Notes: generated from the sequence alone by a model not told the origin. DNA of 54,803 nucleotides from Christensenellales bacterium (GCA_051883395.1 JBJETQ010000031.1:1-54803); one strand, 5' to 3'; positions 38,517 to 49,995 are shown, counted from the stretch's first letter. Program-made: numbers and translations.

Positions 38517-40864
38517 TTCAACTTTGCTATGGTTACACCCATATCTCCTTCGCCATAATTTCCAAGACGGAATTCGCTTACGATATTGCAAGTTTTGAGA
38601 TATTCTCCCACAGCCTTTCGCAAAATTCCGCTTCCTTTACCGTGTACAATTCTCACTTCGCTGTAACCGTGAGCCAAAGCGTCGTTGAGATATTTGTCAA
38701 GTTGAGCCAAAGCTTCGTCGCATCTCATGCCAATCAGGTTGATTTCCTGCTTAATATCGTCATTTTTCAATTCTTTTGCCACAAAACGCAAATTGCTTTT
38801 TATATCCTGACTTTTTTGCGGCTTGATTTTTATGCAATCTTTGAGTTTTATTGTCGTAGTTACTATACCAGCCTTGACTGCACACTCGTTTTTCTTTTCG
38901 TTTATCGACAGCACTCTGGCTCTGGTTTTCAAAGATTCTACGTAAACGTCGTCGCCAACAGTTATTTTGCCTTCTAGTCTCACGTAGTCGTCTTGGGCAT
39001 ACTGGGCGTCAAAAGCATTTTCCAGTTTCTTTTTGTTCTTTCTGGCTTCAAACAAAGCTTTTTCGTCGCCTTTGGCAAGATTTTCTTTCATCTCATCAAT
39101 AATATCTTCGGCAATTTCTACGTACTCAGACGTCAATTCTTTAAGAGACTTTTGTATTTTCTCATCAAGTTTGCGCTGTTTTTCTACAAGAGTTATATTG
39201 ATTTTTTTATTTTCGTTCTTTATGCTTTCCGCCTGTTCATACGCTCTGGCAATATCTGCTTTCATATTTTCGGCGTCCCTTCGTGCCTTTTCTGCCATCG
39301 ACATTATCTTGTCAAAGTCAGCCCTGTTGCCGCCAAGACGACTTTTTGCGTCGCTGACAATACAACTATTCAATCCCAGATTGGTGGCAATTTCCAAAGC
39401 CTTTGAGCTTCCCGAAATCCCTACCATCAGTTTGTATGTCGGGCGCAGCGTTACAGGGTCAAAATCCATAGATGCAACCGTTACTCTGTCGGTAGAAAAC
39501 GCATACTCTTTCAATTCGTCGTAGTGGCTGGACGTAATAGTTCTGCAATTTTTCTCCCTAAGATACTCGATTATTGAAATGGCCAATGCGCTGCCTTCCG
39601 CAGGATTAGTTCCGCCACCCAATTCGTCCAGCAAACACAGACTATTATTAGTAGCTCTGTCTACTATAGCTGAAATGTTGCTTATGTGAGAACTGAACGT
39701 AGACAGATTGTTTTCTATACTTTGATTGTCTCCTATATCGCAAAAGATATTTTCAAAAACGCACACCGACGTCGTGGCATCACACGGAACAAATATTCCG
39801 CTGCAACTCATAAGACAAACGAGACCTACAAGTTTGAGAAGAACAGTCTTACCACCCGTATTAGGACCTGTTATTACCATAATATCATAGTCCTTACCAA
39901 GCTCTACCGACACGGCAACTACCTTTTCGGGTGCAATCAACGGGTGTCTTCCTTTTACTATTTTTACTTCCAATTCGTCGTTTATGGCAGGTCGCACAGC
40001 CTTAATCGCTCTTGCATAGGCAGCTTTTGCAAACAGACTGTCAAGCACGATAAGATTGTCGTAAGTATCCTTGATAGCAACGACGCTTTGAGCGATGTCG
40101 GCAGAAAACTTTTTCAATACGTTTTCTATCTCCTTTGTCTCATCCAGCATATATCCTTTAAGTTCGTTGTTAAGTCCGACAATTGCAATAGGTTCGATAT
40201 AAATCGTAGAACCGGAAGCAGACCTGTCGTGAACTAGTCCTTCAACAGAAGCCCTACATTCGGCTTTTACCGGCAAAACGTACCTGTTGTTGCGCACAGT
40301 AATAAGATTGTCCTGCAAATACGTCGCATAGCTGCCATTTAGATAACCCGTCAGCTTTTGCCTTATCCTTTCATTACATATTCTTATCTGACGTCTTATT
40401 TCTTTGAGCTGGTGTGATGCGTTGTCGCTCACTTCGTTTTCACTCGTAAATGACTCAAAAATACTCTTTTCAAGGTTTTTGTCGGTATAAAGAGTATTAC
40501 AAATATCCCTTAAACTTTCAAGTCTGTCGTCGGAAATTGCATCTATCGCCTTTCTTAGATTATAAGAAGTGCGCAAAAGTTTACCGGTTTTGAGAATGTC
40601 GGATATGCTCAGAATGGCGTTCTTTTCGCAAGCCTTGACAATCTCTGTCATGTCGTCGAATGATATATTTACGCTTGCGCAATGCTCATAAGCCGCTATA
40701 TCCGCTTGCTCGGTCAAATCTAGCTGCATCTCCACTTCCTTACGCTCTGTTGACGGCAAGATATTGCGAACGAATTTTTTTGTAGGCTCAGACTGGGTAT
40801 ATTGAGCCAATATATCCAGAATCTTATCGTATTCCAACGTTGTCAACGTCTTTTTGTCTATCAA
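38513..40864 (-). CDS. mutS2: Endonuclease MutS2 (RqcU-like, with Smr domain)
   Basis: TGPNTGGKT, LSTFSSH, DELGGGT, IVHGKGSGILR Smr. Confidence 0.96.
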   Translation of the reverse strand: MIDKKTLTTLEYDKILDILAQYTQSEPTKKFVRNILPSTERKEVEMQLDLTEQADIAAYEHCASVNISFDDMTEIVKACEKNAILSISDILKTGKLLRTSYNLRKAIDAISDDRLESLRDICNTLYTDKNLEKSIFESFTSENEVSDNASHQLKEIRRQIRICNERIRQKLTGYLNGSYATYLQDNLITVRNNRYVLPVKAECRASVEGLVHDRSASGSTIYIEPIAIVGLNNELKGYMLDETKEIENVLKKFSADIAQSVVAIKDTYDNLIVLDSLFAKAAYARAIKAVRPAINDELEVKIVKGRHPLIAPEKVVAVSVELGKDYDIMVITGPNTGGKTVLLKLVGLVCLMSCSGIFVPCDATTSVCVFENIFCDIGDNQSIENNLSTFSSHISNISAIVDRATNNSLCLLDELGGGTNPAEGSALAISIIEYLREKNCRTITSSHYDELKEYAFSTDRVTVASMDFDPVTLRPTYKLMVGISGSSKALEIATNLGLNSCIVSDAKSRLGGNRADFDKIMSMAEKARRDAENMKADIARAYEQAESIKNENKKINITLVEKQRKLDEKIQKSLKELTSEYVEIAEDIIDEMKENLAKGDEKALFEARKNKKKLENAFDAQYAQDDYVRLEGKITVGDDVYVESLKTRARVLSINEKKNECAVKAGIVTTTIKLKDCIKIKPQKSQDIKSNLRFVAKELKNDDIKQEINLIGMRCDEALAQLDKYLNDALAHGYSEVRIVHGKGSGILRKAVGEYLKTCNIVSEFRLGNYGEGDMGVTIAKLK

Positions 40865-43152
40865 TTTACACCCCTTTTAAGATGTCCTGCCGTGCCGTTA
40901 GCCATCTTGTATCCGGTCTTTCCAATATAATTTTTTACAATTTCATCAATGTCCTGCCCGTCTCTTTCTATTGCACAAATATAAAATTGATAATCAATTT
41001 TGTCAAATTTATCTCTCAAATCAAGCGGATTTGGATTGTGCAGGGCAAAATAACAATGATTTGTTTTGTATCTCAAAACCATATAGTTGGCTACATTGTC
41101 CTTATAAAAGAATTTTCCGTTGTATTTGCAGTCAGAACCATCACAACCTGTATTGAGCTGAATCGGACAATGCGTCAGAGTCATCACCTGCGGATAACCA
41201 TAGCCGAATATCATAATTTTGTCTTTGTCAAAACTTTTCAATTGCCCCAGATTGAGTTCTAACGATGCTATCGAATAATCCAGTTTCAATTCTTCAATCG
41301 CTTCACGATTGTACACGTTCAGTCCGTATCCGCCTATTTTTGCCAGACCAAATTTGTCGCAAAGAGCTACCGCATACAGATTGTCGCATATCAGCCCCTT
41401 GATATTTGATTTCATTTCCGCAACAAAATTCGTGATTATGTCTATATCTTTTCCACGTGCTATTCTCGGAAGTCTGATATATCCGTTATTTATAAATTTG
41501 TCAATATTATTATAAAATATCTGATTATTTAGAATAATATTGGCAGTATTTTTGTCGATTGTCTGTGGATAAATTACAAAATTGGTATTTTGAAGTACGT
41601 AATCTGTCAGTTCGTTTACGTCGGATACTTCGACAAAAGGTCTGGTATTATCTACTACAATGCCTGTTCTCTCACACATATCCGCATGGCTGAACACTAC
41701 TTTTTGCATGTTGCTCTCGTACTTATTCAATATCTCGTCTTGTAGTCCTTGCAGGCAACGTCTTCTCATATCGTTGACAAGCGACGCAGGTAAAAAAGCC
41801 TTTTCGTCAAATTGTGCGTCAAAACCACTCAACTTAAACGGAGTGCCGCCCAATCTGTCAATCATATTTTTTAGCGTTGAATAGTCCAAAGTATATTTTT
41901 GAGATTGTTCAATACAACCACCGCTTACCGTATAGGTAGAACTACCGCATTTTGCACTTATGCTCAACGGCTCCCCTATCAGCGCTCTCACGCTCATATC
42001 CACTTTTAGCTCAGGATTGACTTCTCCGTACGTTTTTGACTGCATACTGTCAAAGGTGAGATATACTTTGCCTTGTCGCAATGTTTTGTCGTACGGTATG
42101 ATTATTTTATTTTGCTTTACGTCTGCCTTTTTTACTGTCAGACCGTATTGCCTGTCGCCGTCAACGATTTTCAGTCCGTCTCCGACGTTAATTGTTGTGT
42201 TGCTGTTGACAACAATTTTTCCGTCAATATAATCGGATATATCCCCGATATACTCTCCCATATTGTTCTGTATATCCACGCTCATAATCTTTGGCGTATC
42301 GGAATAATTGTATCCTTGACTAAACCCGCCCCTGTTGTAAGCTCTGAGCAAGCCGGAAATTATCTCGTCGTTTATCTTTGACTTTTTGTCCATCACTTGT
42401 CTGTAAGCATGCACAGTCTGTCCTACGTAATGGGCGCTTTTCAATCTGCCTTCAATCTTAAAGCTATCCACCCCAAGACCTGCCAACCTGTCAAGTTGGC
42501 TTATCAGACATTGATCTGCGGGAGACAAGAGATATTTTGGTTTTTCATTGTTGAGCGTAGTTGAGTAGCGCAATCTGCAAGGCTGATTACATCTTCCCCT
42601 GTTGCCGCTGTCGCAACTCATAAAGGAAGACATCAGACATCCACCGGAAAAACTTACGCACATAGCGCCATGAACAAAGTATTCTATTTCCAGATTAGTA
42701 TTATTCTTGATGTCGATTATGTCGCTCTCCAAAGTTTCTCTCGATACCACAACTCTGCAAAAGCCCAGTTCTTCCAATAATTTGGCTCCAAGAAGATTAT
42801 GCACGCCGAGCTGAGTGCTGGCATGTAGCGGCACGTCGTATCTACGAAATATACCGAGAGTTCCAAGGTCGGTAACAATAAAGGCGTCGGCTTTGCTCTC
42901 CACGCATTTTTCAACGTACTTTTCCAAAGTAGCCTTCTCATTGTTTCTGACGTTGGTATTAAACGTAATATAAACCTTGACGCCAAACAGATGCGCAAGG
43001 TCTATATATTGTTTGATGTTGTCAAACGTAAAGTTTTCAGCTTTAATTCTTGCATTAAAGGCGTCCAAACCCAAATATACTGCGTCGGCTCCCCAGTATA
43101 TTGCTGCTTTGAGAGCGGAGATATTTCCTACGGGCGCCAATAATTCTGCCAT
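40861..43152 (-). CDS. U32-family Fe-S RNA hydroxylase-like protein (RlhA/DUF3656 type)
   Basis: ELLAPVG, GADAVY.G, HASTQ, EYFVHGAMCVSFSGGC..GNRGRCNQPCR, KIEGR. Confidence 0.88.
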   Translation of the reverse strand: MAELLAPVGNISALKAAIYWGADAVYLGLDAFNARIKAENFTFDNIKQYIDLAHLFGVKVYITFNTNVRNNEKATLEKYVEKCVESKADAFIVTDLGTLGIFRRYDVPLHASTQLGVHNLLGAKLLEELGFCRVVVSRETLESDIIDIKNNTNLEIEYFVHGAMCVSFSGGCLMSSFMSCDSGNRGRCNQPCRLRYSTTLNNEKPKYLLSPADQCLISQLDRLAGLGVDSFKIEGRLKSAHYVGQTVHAYRQVMDKKSKINDEIISGLLRAYNRGGFSQGYNYSDTPKIMSVDIQNNMGEYIGDISDYIDGKIVVNSNTTINVGDGLKIVDGDRQYGLTVKKADVKQNKIIIPYDKTLRQGKVYLTFDSMQSKTYGEVNPELKVDMSVRALIGEPLSISAKCGSSTYTVSGGCIEQSQKYTLDYSTLKNMIDRLGGTPFKLSGFDAQFDEKAFLPASLVNDMRRRCLQGLQDEILNKYESNMQKVVFSHADMCERTGIVVDNTRPFVEVSDVNELTDYVLQNTNFVIYPQTIDKNTANIILNNQIFYNNIDKFINNGYIRLPRIARGKDIDIITNFVAEMKSNIKGLICDNLYAVALCDKFGLAKIGGYGLNVYNREAIEELKLDYSIASLELNLGQLKSFDKDKIMIFGYGYPQVMTLTHCPIQLNTGCDGSDCKYNGKFFYKDNVANYMVLRYKTNHCYFALHNPNPLDLRDKFDKIDYQFYICAIERDGQDIDEIVKNYIGKTGYKMANGTAGHLKRGVN

Positions 43153-45542
43153 TATCTCAACGTTGCTCCCAATTCTGCATCGAGTTTTTTGAGTATTTTG
43201 TCAATTTTGGCATTTACTTCATCTTCCGTCAATGTCCTATCGGCAAGTCGGAATACAAGATTGATTGCCACGCTCTTTTTATTTTCTCCAATTGCGTCTT
43301 TGTTGCGATAAATATCGAATATCGAGCAATCTACCAACATATTGCCGCCGGCTTTTTTGACCACTTTGATAATATCGGCAGCAGCCTTGTCTTCATCTAA
43401 AACTACCGCAATATCTCTTTCGACAGGCGGATATTTTGCAATTTCACAGAACTTGTATCCAAGGTCGGCAATCTTGTTGACAAAATCGACGTCTATCTCT
43501 GCAACGTACATTCTTTCCTTTACGTCAAGAGCCGCAGTTACGCTCGGATGTACTTCTCCCAAATATCCGAGTCTGTGGCTACCTGCCATTACATCTGCGC
43601 CACGTCCGCTATGCAGATAAGGCAAAGCACTTCTGACAAAATCTGCTTTGATTCCAAAAGCTCTCAAAATTATCTCAATCACACCTTTTATCGTATAATA
43701 GTCGCAGCCGTTGCCATACATACCCATAGCCATCATTGTAGTTTCGGAAGGCTGAACGTTGACGTCGTCGGAAGGCTGATAAACGTGAGCTATCTCAAAC
43801 AGCTTTGCAGATTTATTGCTTTTCAGGCAGTTTTTAGTCAGCGTGGCAATCATGCTATATGCCAAGGTCGTTCTCATTACAGACATATCTTCACCGAGCG
43901 GATTGAGAAGTCTGACTGCGTTTCTCAGCTGACTATCCATAGGCAATCTCAACACGTCAAATGACTTTTGGGAAGTAAAGGAATAGGTCAAAATTTCGTT
44001 CATTCCCTGACTTACGGCTATTTCTTTGAGCTTATCCACGTTGATTTGAGCCTGCGTTTTTCCGCCACTTGTCTGATGTGCGCCGTCCATAAGCGTACAA
44101 TTGATATAGTCGTAGCCATAAAGTCTGATTATTTCTTCCGCCAGGTCGTTTGCGTTTTCTATATCGTCTCTGAAAGACGGCTGAACACAATGCAAAACGC
44201 CTTCGTTGAGAGTGGTTTTGATTTGCAAGGAATTGAGTATGTCAACCATAGTCTGCTCAGGAACTTCAATGCCCAGAATATCGTTGATTTTTGCACAAGG
44301 AACGTCAATCGTCTTTTCTTCCAGCGTTACGCTCTTTCTATCTATCGTATCTCCGACGATTCTACCCAATCCATATTGGGAAATAAGCGACAATGCCCTT
44401 CTCAATCCCATGGACTGGCTTTCAAAATCAATACCCCTTTCATAACGGAAAGAAGAATCGCTTCTGAGATTGAGTTTTCTTGACGTGCGTCTTATATTGT
44501 CTCTCAAAAATTTTGCAGATTCAAACACGATATCCCTGGTGTTTTCGTTGATACCGCTATATTCTCCGCCCATAATTCCTGCTACGGCAACCGGTTTGTC
44601 GGCGTCGCAAATTGCAAGCATAGTGTCGTCAAGCGTATATTCATTGCCGTCCAAAGCCACGATTTTTTCATTTTCAGCCCTTCTTACAACGATTTTTTTG
44701 CCGCTAAGCAAGGCAAGATCGAATGCGTGCATAGGCTGTCCGATTTCTATCAGAACATAGTTGGTTATATCAACAATGCTGTTGATTGGTCTCAACCCAA
44801 CCGCTTTGAGCCTTTTTTGTATAATTTCTGGGCTTCGAGTTATTTTTACGTCCTTGACCATCTGCGCCATATATCTTGGGCAAAGGTCGTCGGCTCTTAC
44901 TTCAACTTCAACTTCACTCTTGCCGCTTTCGCTTATTTTGTAATCAAAATTAGGCATTTTGAGCGGTACTCCAAGCACGGTGGACACTTCTCTTGCAATA
45001 CCCAGTACGCTGTTGCAGTCGCTTCTGTTGGCAGTTACGCCCACGTCGAGAATTACGTCGTCATATCCCAGCACCTTGGTTATGTCCGTGCCGAGCGGAG
45101 CGGTTTCTTCGTTCATAATCAGTATGCCGTACACCCCGGCGCCTTTATAATCGGCTTCGGTGAGCATAAGTTCTTCTCCCGAGCAAAGCATACCGTTTGA
45201 CTCAACACCCCTGAGCTTACCTTTTTTGATAACTTGTCCAGTAGGAAGCAGCGAATTGTCGAGCGCAACAGGCACGATATCTCCTTCTTTGATATTGTCT
45301 GCACCTGTAACAATCTGAACGTTTTGCTCGGCTCCGACGTTGACAGAACAAATTTTGAGTTTATCGGCGTCAGGGTTCTTTACAACCTTATCGAGTTTGC
45401 CAAGTACGACGTTTCTGAAATTTTTGCCCTGTTCGATTACTTCTTCTACTTCAAATCCTGCGCTGACGAGTTTTTGACAAAGAACGTCAAGGCTTACATT
45501 TATATCTACAAAATCTTTTAACCAATTGAGTGAAATTTTCAT
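43152..45542 (-). CDS. pheT: Phenylalanine--tRNA ligase beta subunit
   Basis: MKISLNWL, QIVTGA, NRSDC.S..GIARE, GQPMHAFD, FDX-ACB tail. Confidence 0.97.
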   Translation of the reverse strand: MKISLNWLKDFVDINVSLDVLCQKLVSAGFEVEEVIEQGKNFRNVVLGKLDKVVKNPDADKLKICSVNVGAEQNVQIVTGADNIKEGDIVPVALDNSLLPTGQVIKKGKLRGVESNGMLCSGEELMLTEADYKGAGVYGILIMNEETAPLGTDITKVLGYDDVILDVGVTANRSDCNSVLGIAREVSTVLGVPLKMPNFDYKISESGKSEVEVEVRADDLCPRYMAQMVKDVKITRSPEIIQKRLKAVGLRPINSIVDITNYVLIEIGQPMHAFDLALLSGKKIVVRRAENEKIVALDGNEYTLDDTMLAICDADKPVAVAGIMGGEYSGINENTRDIVFESAKFLRDNIRRTSRKLNLRSDSSFRYERGIDFESQSMGLRRALSLISQYGLGRIVGDTIDRKSVTLEEKTIDVPCAKINDILGIEVPEQTMVDILNSLQIKTTLNEGVLHCVQPSFRDDIENANDLAEEIIRLYGYDYINCTLMDGAHQTSGGKTQAQINVDKLKEIAVSQGMNEILTYSFTSQKSFDVLRLPMDSQLRNAVRLLNPLGEDMSVMRTTLAYSMIATLTKNCLKSNKSAKLFEIAHVYQPSDDVNVQPSETTMMAMGMYGNGCDYYTIKGVIEIILRAFGIKADFVRSALPYLHSGRGADVMAGSHRLGYLGEVHPSVTAALDVKERMYVAEIDVDFVNKIADLGYKFCEIAKYPPVERDIAVVLDEDKAAADIIKVVKKAGGNMLVDCSIFDIYRNKDAIGENKKSVAINLVFRLADRTLTEDEVNAKIDKILKKLDAELGATLR

Positions 45543-45560
45543 ATCTTACGCTCCTAATTA

Positions 45561-46586
45561 TTACTTGAATTCTTTGAGAAAACGAACGTCGTTGTCAAAA
45601 AGAATACGCATATCGGGTATGCCGTATTTTATCATAGCTATTCTTTCTATGCCCAAACCAAAAGCAAAACCTGAATATTCCTTACTGTCTATTCCGCAGT
45701 TTTCAAGAACCTTAGGATTGACAATACCTGCACCCAAAATCTCTATCCAGCCCGTACCTTTACATACCCTGCAACCTTTGCCGTGGCAAACAGAGCAAGT
45801 TACGTCAACTTCTACGCTTGGCTCGGTAAAAGGAAAATAAGACGGTCTGAGACGAGTTTTTGTATTGCTGTCAAAAAGCTGCTGAGCAAACTTTTCCAAT
45901 ATGCCTTTGAGATCGCACAACGTGATGTGCTTGTCAACAACAAGTCCTTCTATCTGCTGGAACATAGGACTATGAGTTGCGTCGTCATCAGGTCTGTAAA
46001 CTTTGCCCGGACATATAATTCTTATAGGCGGCTTTTGCGTTGTCATAGTATGCACTTGCACAGGCGAAGTATGGGTACGCAACAGCATATCGTCAGTAAT
46101 ATAAAAAGTGTCCTGCATATCTCTAGCCGGATGGTCCTTAGGAATGTTGAGCGCCTGAAAATTGAAAAAGTCAAGTTCGATTTCAGGTCCTTGCGCTATG
46201 CTGAATCCAAGTCCTGTAAATATGTCGATAATTTGATTTTGCACCAAGGTTGTAGGATGCAAACTTCCCCTTTGCACGATTCCGCTGTCCAGCGTAACGT
46301 CAATCGCTTCTTTTTGCATCTTTTCTTCCAATTCTTTTTGAGCGAGACTAGCCTGTTTTTCTTCTATCATCTCGCAGATAGCGTCTCTGGCAACGTTGAC
46401 CATTTTGCCTATTTCCGGTCTTTGGTCGGCTGGAACGTCTTTCATACCTTTGAGTAAAGCCGTCAATTCTCCGTTTTTACCCAAAAACTTGACTTTTGCA
46501 TTGTTGACGTCGTTTAAGCTCTTAAAAGCGGCAACGACTTGTTTTGCTTTTTCGATGAGCAAATCAATTTTCTCTTTCATATTCAC
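45561..46586 (-). CDS. pheS: Phenylalanine--tRNA ligase alpha subunit
   Basis: [37 protein letters not shown]. Confidence 0.98.
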   Translation of the reverse strand: MNMKEKIDLLIEKAKQVVAAFKSLNDVNNAKVKFLGKNGELTALLKGMKDVPADQRPEIGKMVNVARDAICEMIEEKQASLAQKELEEKMQKEAIDVTLDSGIVQRGSLHPTTLVQNQIIDIFTGLGFSIAQGPEIELDFFNFQALNIPKDHPARDMQDTFYITDDMLLRTHTSPVQVHTMTTQKPPIRIICPGKVYRPDDDATHSPMFQQIEGLVVDKHITLCDLKGILEKFAQQLFDSNTKTRLRPSYFPFTEPSVEVDVTCSVCHGKGCRVCKGTGWIEILGAGIVNPKVLENCGIDSKEYSGFAFGLGIERIAMIKYGIPDMRILFDNDVRFLKEFK

Positions 46587-46984
46587 CTATACTCCTGATT
46601 TTCTATTTGAGTTTTATAGTATTTTTGATTTTGTTGCTATGCAATTAATTTTCTATTTGCACCTTGTTTGACTCTTATACACGATTCATACGACACTGCT
46701 TGATAGTTACAGTCTACGCAGATACAGCCGTTGCCATCTTCAACTACTTATGGCATATCTACAACTTCTATGTAGTCAATGCGAATTATCAATCTACGTA
46801 CTGTGCATTCTGTTGCAATACGCCAATCTGCACGCTTTTAGCTGACGTAAGATATACGGCGATTACGTCTGTTTGCCGTCTGCAACCGTAATAACCTACA
46901 CTACTACCAGCCTGCATATATTTTGCACTCCGACGTAAAGTCAAATTACTAGCGGCGCAACGTAAATTACTTAGGCTTTTGACT

Positions 46985-47220
46985 ATAAATAACGGCGCCC
47001 CAAATATTAGGGCGTCGTTGACGCTGTACCACCTAACTTCACCGCAAAATACGGCCTTGTTACGCTATAACGGGCTACCCGTCCTTGCTTACTCTTTGCA
47101 TTTAGGCAAGGCTGCTCCTAGGTGAATTGGGTCAATGCACTCGTCAGTCATTCTTTCAGCCCACGAAACGACCTCTCTGAGACTATGCCAAAGACTTACT
47201 TGTCCTTATCTACGCTTTGA
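46985..47220 (-). ncRNA. T-box riboswitch (Phe specifier)
   Basis: Minus strand: stem I AGAGA/GCTGAAA motifs, specifier TTC (47124-47126), T-box AAGTTAGGTGGTACAGCG, terminator AACGACGCCC..GGGCGCCGTT; promoter TTGCAA-17 nt-TAAAAT at 47225-47253. Confidence 0.93.
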
Positions 47221-47339
47221 ATTAATTTTACCACCAAAAATACGCAATTGCAAGTTTTTATGACAGCTATTTTTTATTAATACTCATCAAAACTATAAAA
47301 AATAATATTTTAAATAAAAATGATTACTCTGACTTTATG

Positions 47340-48026
47340 TTATGTCAGTCTGAGCAGACTATCGGAGTTTTGCATATAAAATTCGGGAACTACGCCAACG
47401 ATTACGTTTTCTGCCACCATAATTGACGTTTTGATATACAAATCTTTGACGTATAGCGGCAAAATCATCTTTACTCTTGCAGTTATATCGACGTAAATTC
47501 TGTGTCTAGTCTGGTTTATAGAAAGTCCGTCGAATTTTGAAGACAATTTACACTCAACGTGTCCGATAGGTTTTACTTCGATTTCTATGTTTTTGCCAAG
47601 CTGCGCCAACATCAGACTGCCTGTAATTGCATAAAACGGAATATTGTAGACCTTTTCTTTGCACAGATTGTTAACGTTTATTTGTGTTTGTTCTGTCAAA
47701 TCACACAGTAGCAGATTGACCATAAGCATATTTGCATTAATAAGCGTTACGTTACCTTCACTATCACGAGAAATCTCAACAAAATTGTCATAATCGCCGT
47801 ATGAATCGTTGTCGGATAAGATACGTAATACTGCCGAATTGATACCGTCGACAAGTTCGGAATTGATATTGGCGGTAGTATACTCGTCCACAAAGTCTAT
47901 GAGATTGCTTCTGGCAACATTGAAAGCATAGACGCTCAGAACAATTGTCGTAACCACCAGTATTATATAAACCAAAGTCAGTCGTCTTACTCTGCCTTTT
48001 TTCTTTTTATTTGCGCATTTATTCAC
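47340..48026 (-). CDS. yunB: Sporulation protein YunB
   Basis: N-terminal TM, IP..AITG, I.VKPIG.V, INQTRHRIY, ILPL, IVGVVPEFY; CATATAGTA mother-cell-type -10 just upstream. Confidence 0.9.
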   Translation of the reverse strand: MNKCANKKKKGRVRRLTLVYIILVVTTIVLSVYAFNVARSNLIDFVDEYTTANINSELVDGINSAVLRILSDNDSYGDYDNFVEISRDSEGNVTLINANMLMVNLLLCDLTEQTQINVNNLCKEKVYNIPFYAITGSLMLAQLGKNIEIEVKPIGHVECKLSSKFDGLSINQTRHRIYVDITARVKMILPLYVKDLYIKTSIMVAENVIVGVVPEFYMQNSDSLLRLT

Positions 48027-48395
48027 GTTATACTATATGCCGACGTCAAAATTTAGTTGAGCAAAATAAATATATAGTCGGTTGAAACCACATAACGCCA
48101 TATAAAGTAACGTATATACTATAACAATACGCCAAGCCCAAGAAAGCTAAAAAATAGTCGTCAACAAATTTCTTTTGCATACTTGCAGAAATTATATATA
48201 ACAAAATGAGCGCCGACTGACGCTCAAAAAGCATTAAACCAAATAGTATAAACATAAGTATTATAATCAATAAAATTATTATAATATTTTTGCTTATTTA
48301 TAATAATTTCGAAATAAATACTCGTAATTTTACTGACGAAGTTACTAAGCAAGCCGTTTAAATATATTATTTGCAGAATATGCGTATGGTATATT

Positions 48396-48764
48396 TTATC
48401 GTTTATTTGGATGTGATTTGAAGATAAGAGCAAAAATAAATCCAAAGACAATTGCAGCCGTAAGACCACCGCTCACAGCAGCTAAGCCGCCCGTGCATGC
48501 CTGCAACAGACCTTCCTTAGCGCCTTCGATAGCTCCTTTGACCAGCGAACTTCCAAAGCCTACTATAGGTACGGTAATACCTGCTTTGCCAAATTCTTCG
48601 ATGTATTTAAACAGTCCCACCGCTTCCAGAAATGCTCCCAAAAGCAGAAAACTGACCAATATTCTTGCCGAAGTTATCTTTGTCTTGTTGATGAGTATCT
48701 GTCCGATAAGACAAACTATTCCACCCACAAGGAATACTCTGAGATATAATAAAACGTGTTCCAT
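48396..48764 (-). CDS. spoVAE: Stage V sporulation protein AE (SpoVAEb)
   Basis: FLVGGIVCLIGQILI.KTK.T.ARILV, AG.TVPIVGFG. Confidence 0.93.
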   Translation of the reverse strand: MEHVLLYLRVFLVGGIVCLIGQILINKTKITSARILVSFLLLGAFLEAVGLFKYIEEFGKAGITVPIVGFGSSLVKGAIEGAKEGLLQACTGGLAAVSGGLTAAIVFGFIFALIFKSHPNKR

Positions 48765-48936
48765 ATTTTCTCTCCGTACAAAATCTTGTTATTGCAAATA
48801 ATATATGATTGTTTACATATTTGACCATCAAAACGCTATTTTTGACTTGTCGCAATACATTTACGCATAGCATAAAATGAACTTTTTCAGCAATATTTTG
48901 TTGTAATTACATTGTTCGTGCTGTTCAAGGACTATT

Positions 48937-49983
48937 TCAATTACTATTGCCATCAATTGCATTATCTGTCTGATTTTCGCCCTGACATTCACTTTCAATT
49001 ACTACTGCGTGTGCAATTGCAGGTATACTCTCACCTTGCAAAGGAGAATCTTTGGACAAAAGTGCGCCGGTAGGTACAAACAGAATCTTATGCAGTTGAC
49101 CACAGCACAGCAATCTGTAAAAATACGAGCAAAATACCAACGAACAGCAACCGGCACCCGAACCGCCTTGTCCAACCTTTTGTTCCTTACTGTACACTAG
49201 CGAACCGCAATCGTTGAGATTATCCGCCTGTATGCCTTCTCTTGCCAGCAGAAAATGTAGCGTTTCCCTGCCAAACTTGCCCAAATCACCTGTAATAATC
49301 ATGTCGTAATCAGACGGCTGAGTATTAGTTGATTTGAGATGCGTGTATATCGTATCAAATGCAGCAGGAGCCATAGCTGCGCCCATATTGTTTACGTCAG
49401 TACATTTCAGGTCTACGATTTTGCCTACCGTGTAAGCGCTGATATACGGCTTATCACACGGTTTGTCGGTGAGCAGAACGCAACCGCTGCCGGTAACCGT
49501 CATTTGAGATGATGGCGTAGGTTGGGTACCTAGTTCAAGCGGATAGCGATATTGTCTTTCTGCCGTGGCAAAATGAGAACTGGTAATAGCAATAATCTTG
49601 CTCATATCGTTGACGATGAGATTGCTTGCAACTATCAATGCTTCGCCAAATGTAGCGCAGGCATTGTACAACCCCATAAACGGGACTTCAAACTCTCTTG
49701 CGCTGAACGTCGTTGGAACAATCTGATTGATAAGGTCGCCGCCGACAATGCAATCTACGTCGTGCTGAGTCAACCCTGCTTTGTCAAGACAATTTTTGAT
49801 ATTGGTCTTTTGCATTTTAATTTCTGCCATTTCGTGAGTTTTGCAGCCCCACATATCGTCTTCGATAATATAGTCGATAAATTCTCGCAGATTGCCCTTG
49901 GCTTCATAGCTTCCCGCTATGCTTGCGACGCTGTCGATATAGACCTTTTTGTCAAGTATATAAGTAGATTCTCCCTTTCTCAT
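48937..49983 (-). CDS. spoVAD: Stage V sporulation protein AD
   Basis: GDLINQ, SSHFATAERQYRYPLE, MGAAMAPAA, TGDLG, GGSGAGC, GESIPAIAH. Confidence 0.96.
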   Translation of the reverse strand: MRKGESTYILDKKVYIDSVASIAGSYEAKGNLREFIDYIIEDDMWGCKTHEMAEIKMQKTNIKNCLDKAGLTQHDVDCIVGGDLINQIVPTTFSAREFEVPFMGLYNACATFGEALIVASNLIVNDMSKIIAITSSHFATAERQYRYPLELGTQPTPSSQMTVTGSGCVLLTDKPCDKPYISAYTVGKIVDLKCTDVNNMGAAMAPAAFDTIYTHLKSTNTQPSDYDMIITGDLGKFGRETLHFLLAREGIQADNLNDCGSLVYSKEQKVGQGGSGAGCCSLVFCSYFYRLLCCGQLHKILFVPTGALLSKDSPLQGESIPAIAHAVVIESECQGENQTDNAIDGNSN

Positions 49984-49995
49984 AATTTCACCTGA

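Noticed and set aside
40861-43152. 'Collagenase' virulence call for the U32 protein
   Set aside because: The Cys-cluster motif fits the Fe-S RNA hydroxylase role established for U32 members
48046-48469. Small hydrophobic ORFs between yunB and spoVAE
   Set aside because: AT-rich spacer gives hydrophobic translations by chance; no RBS
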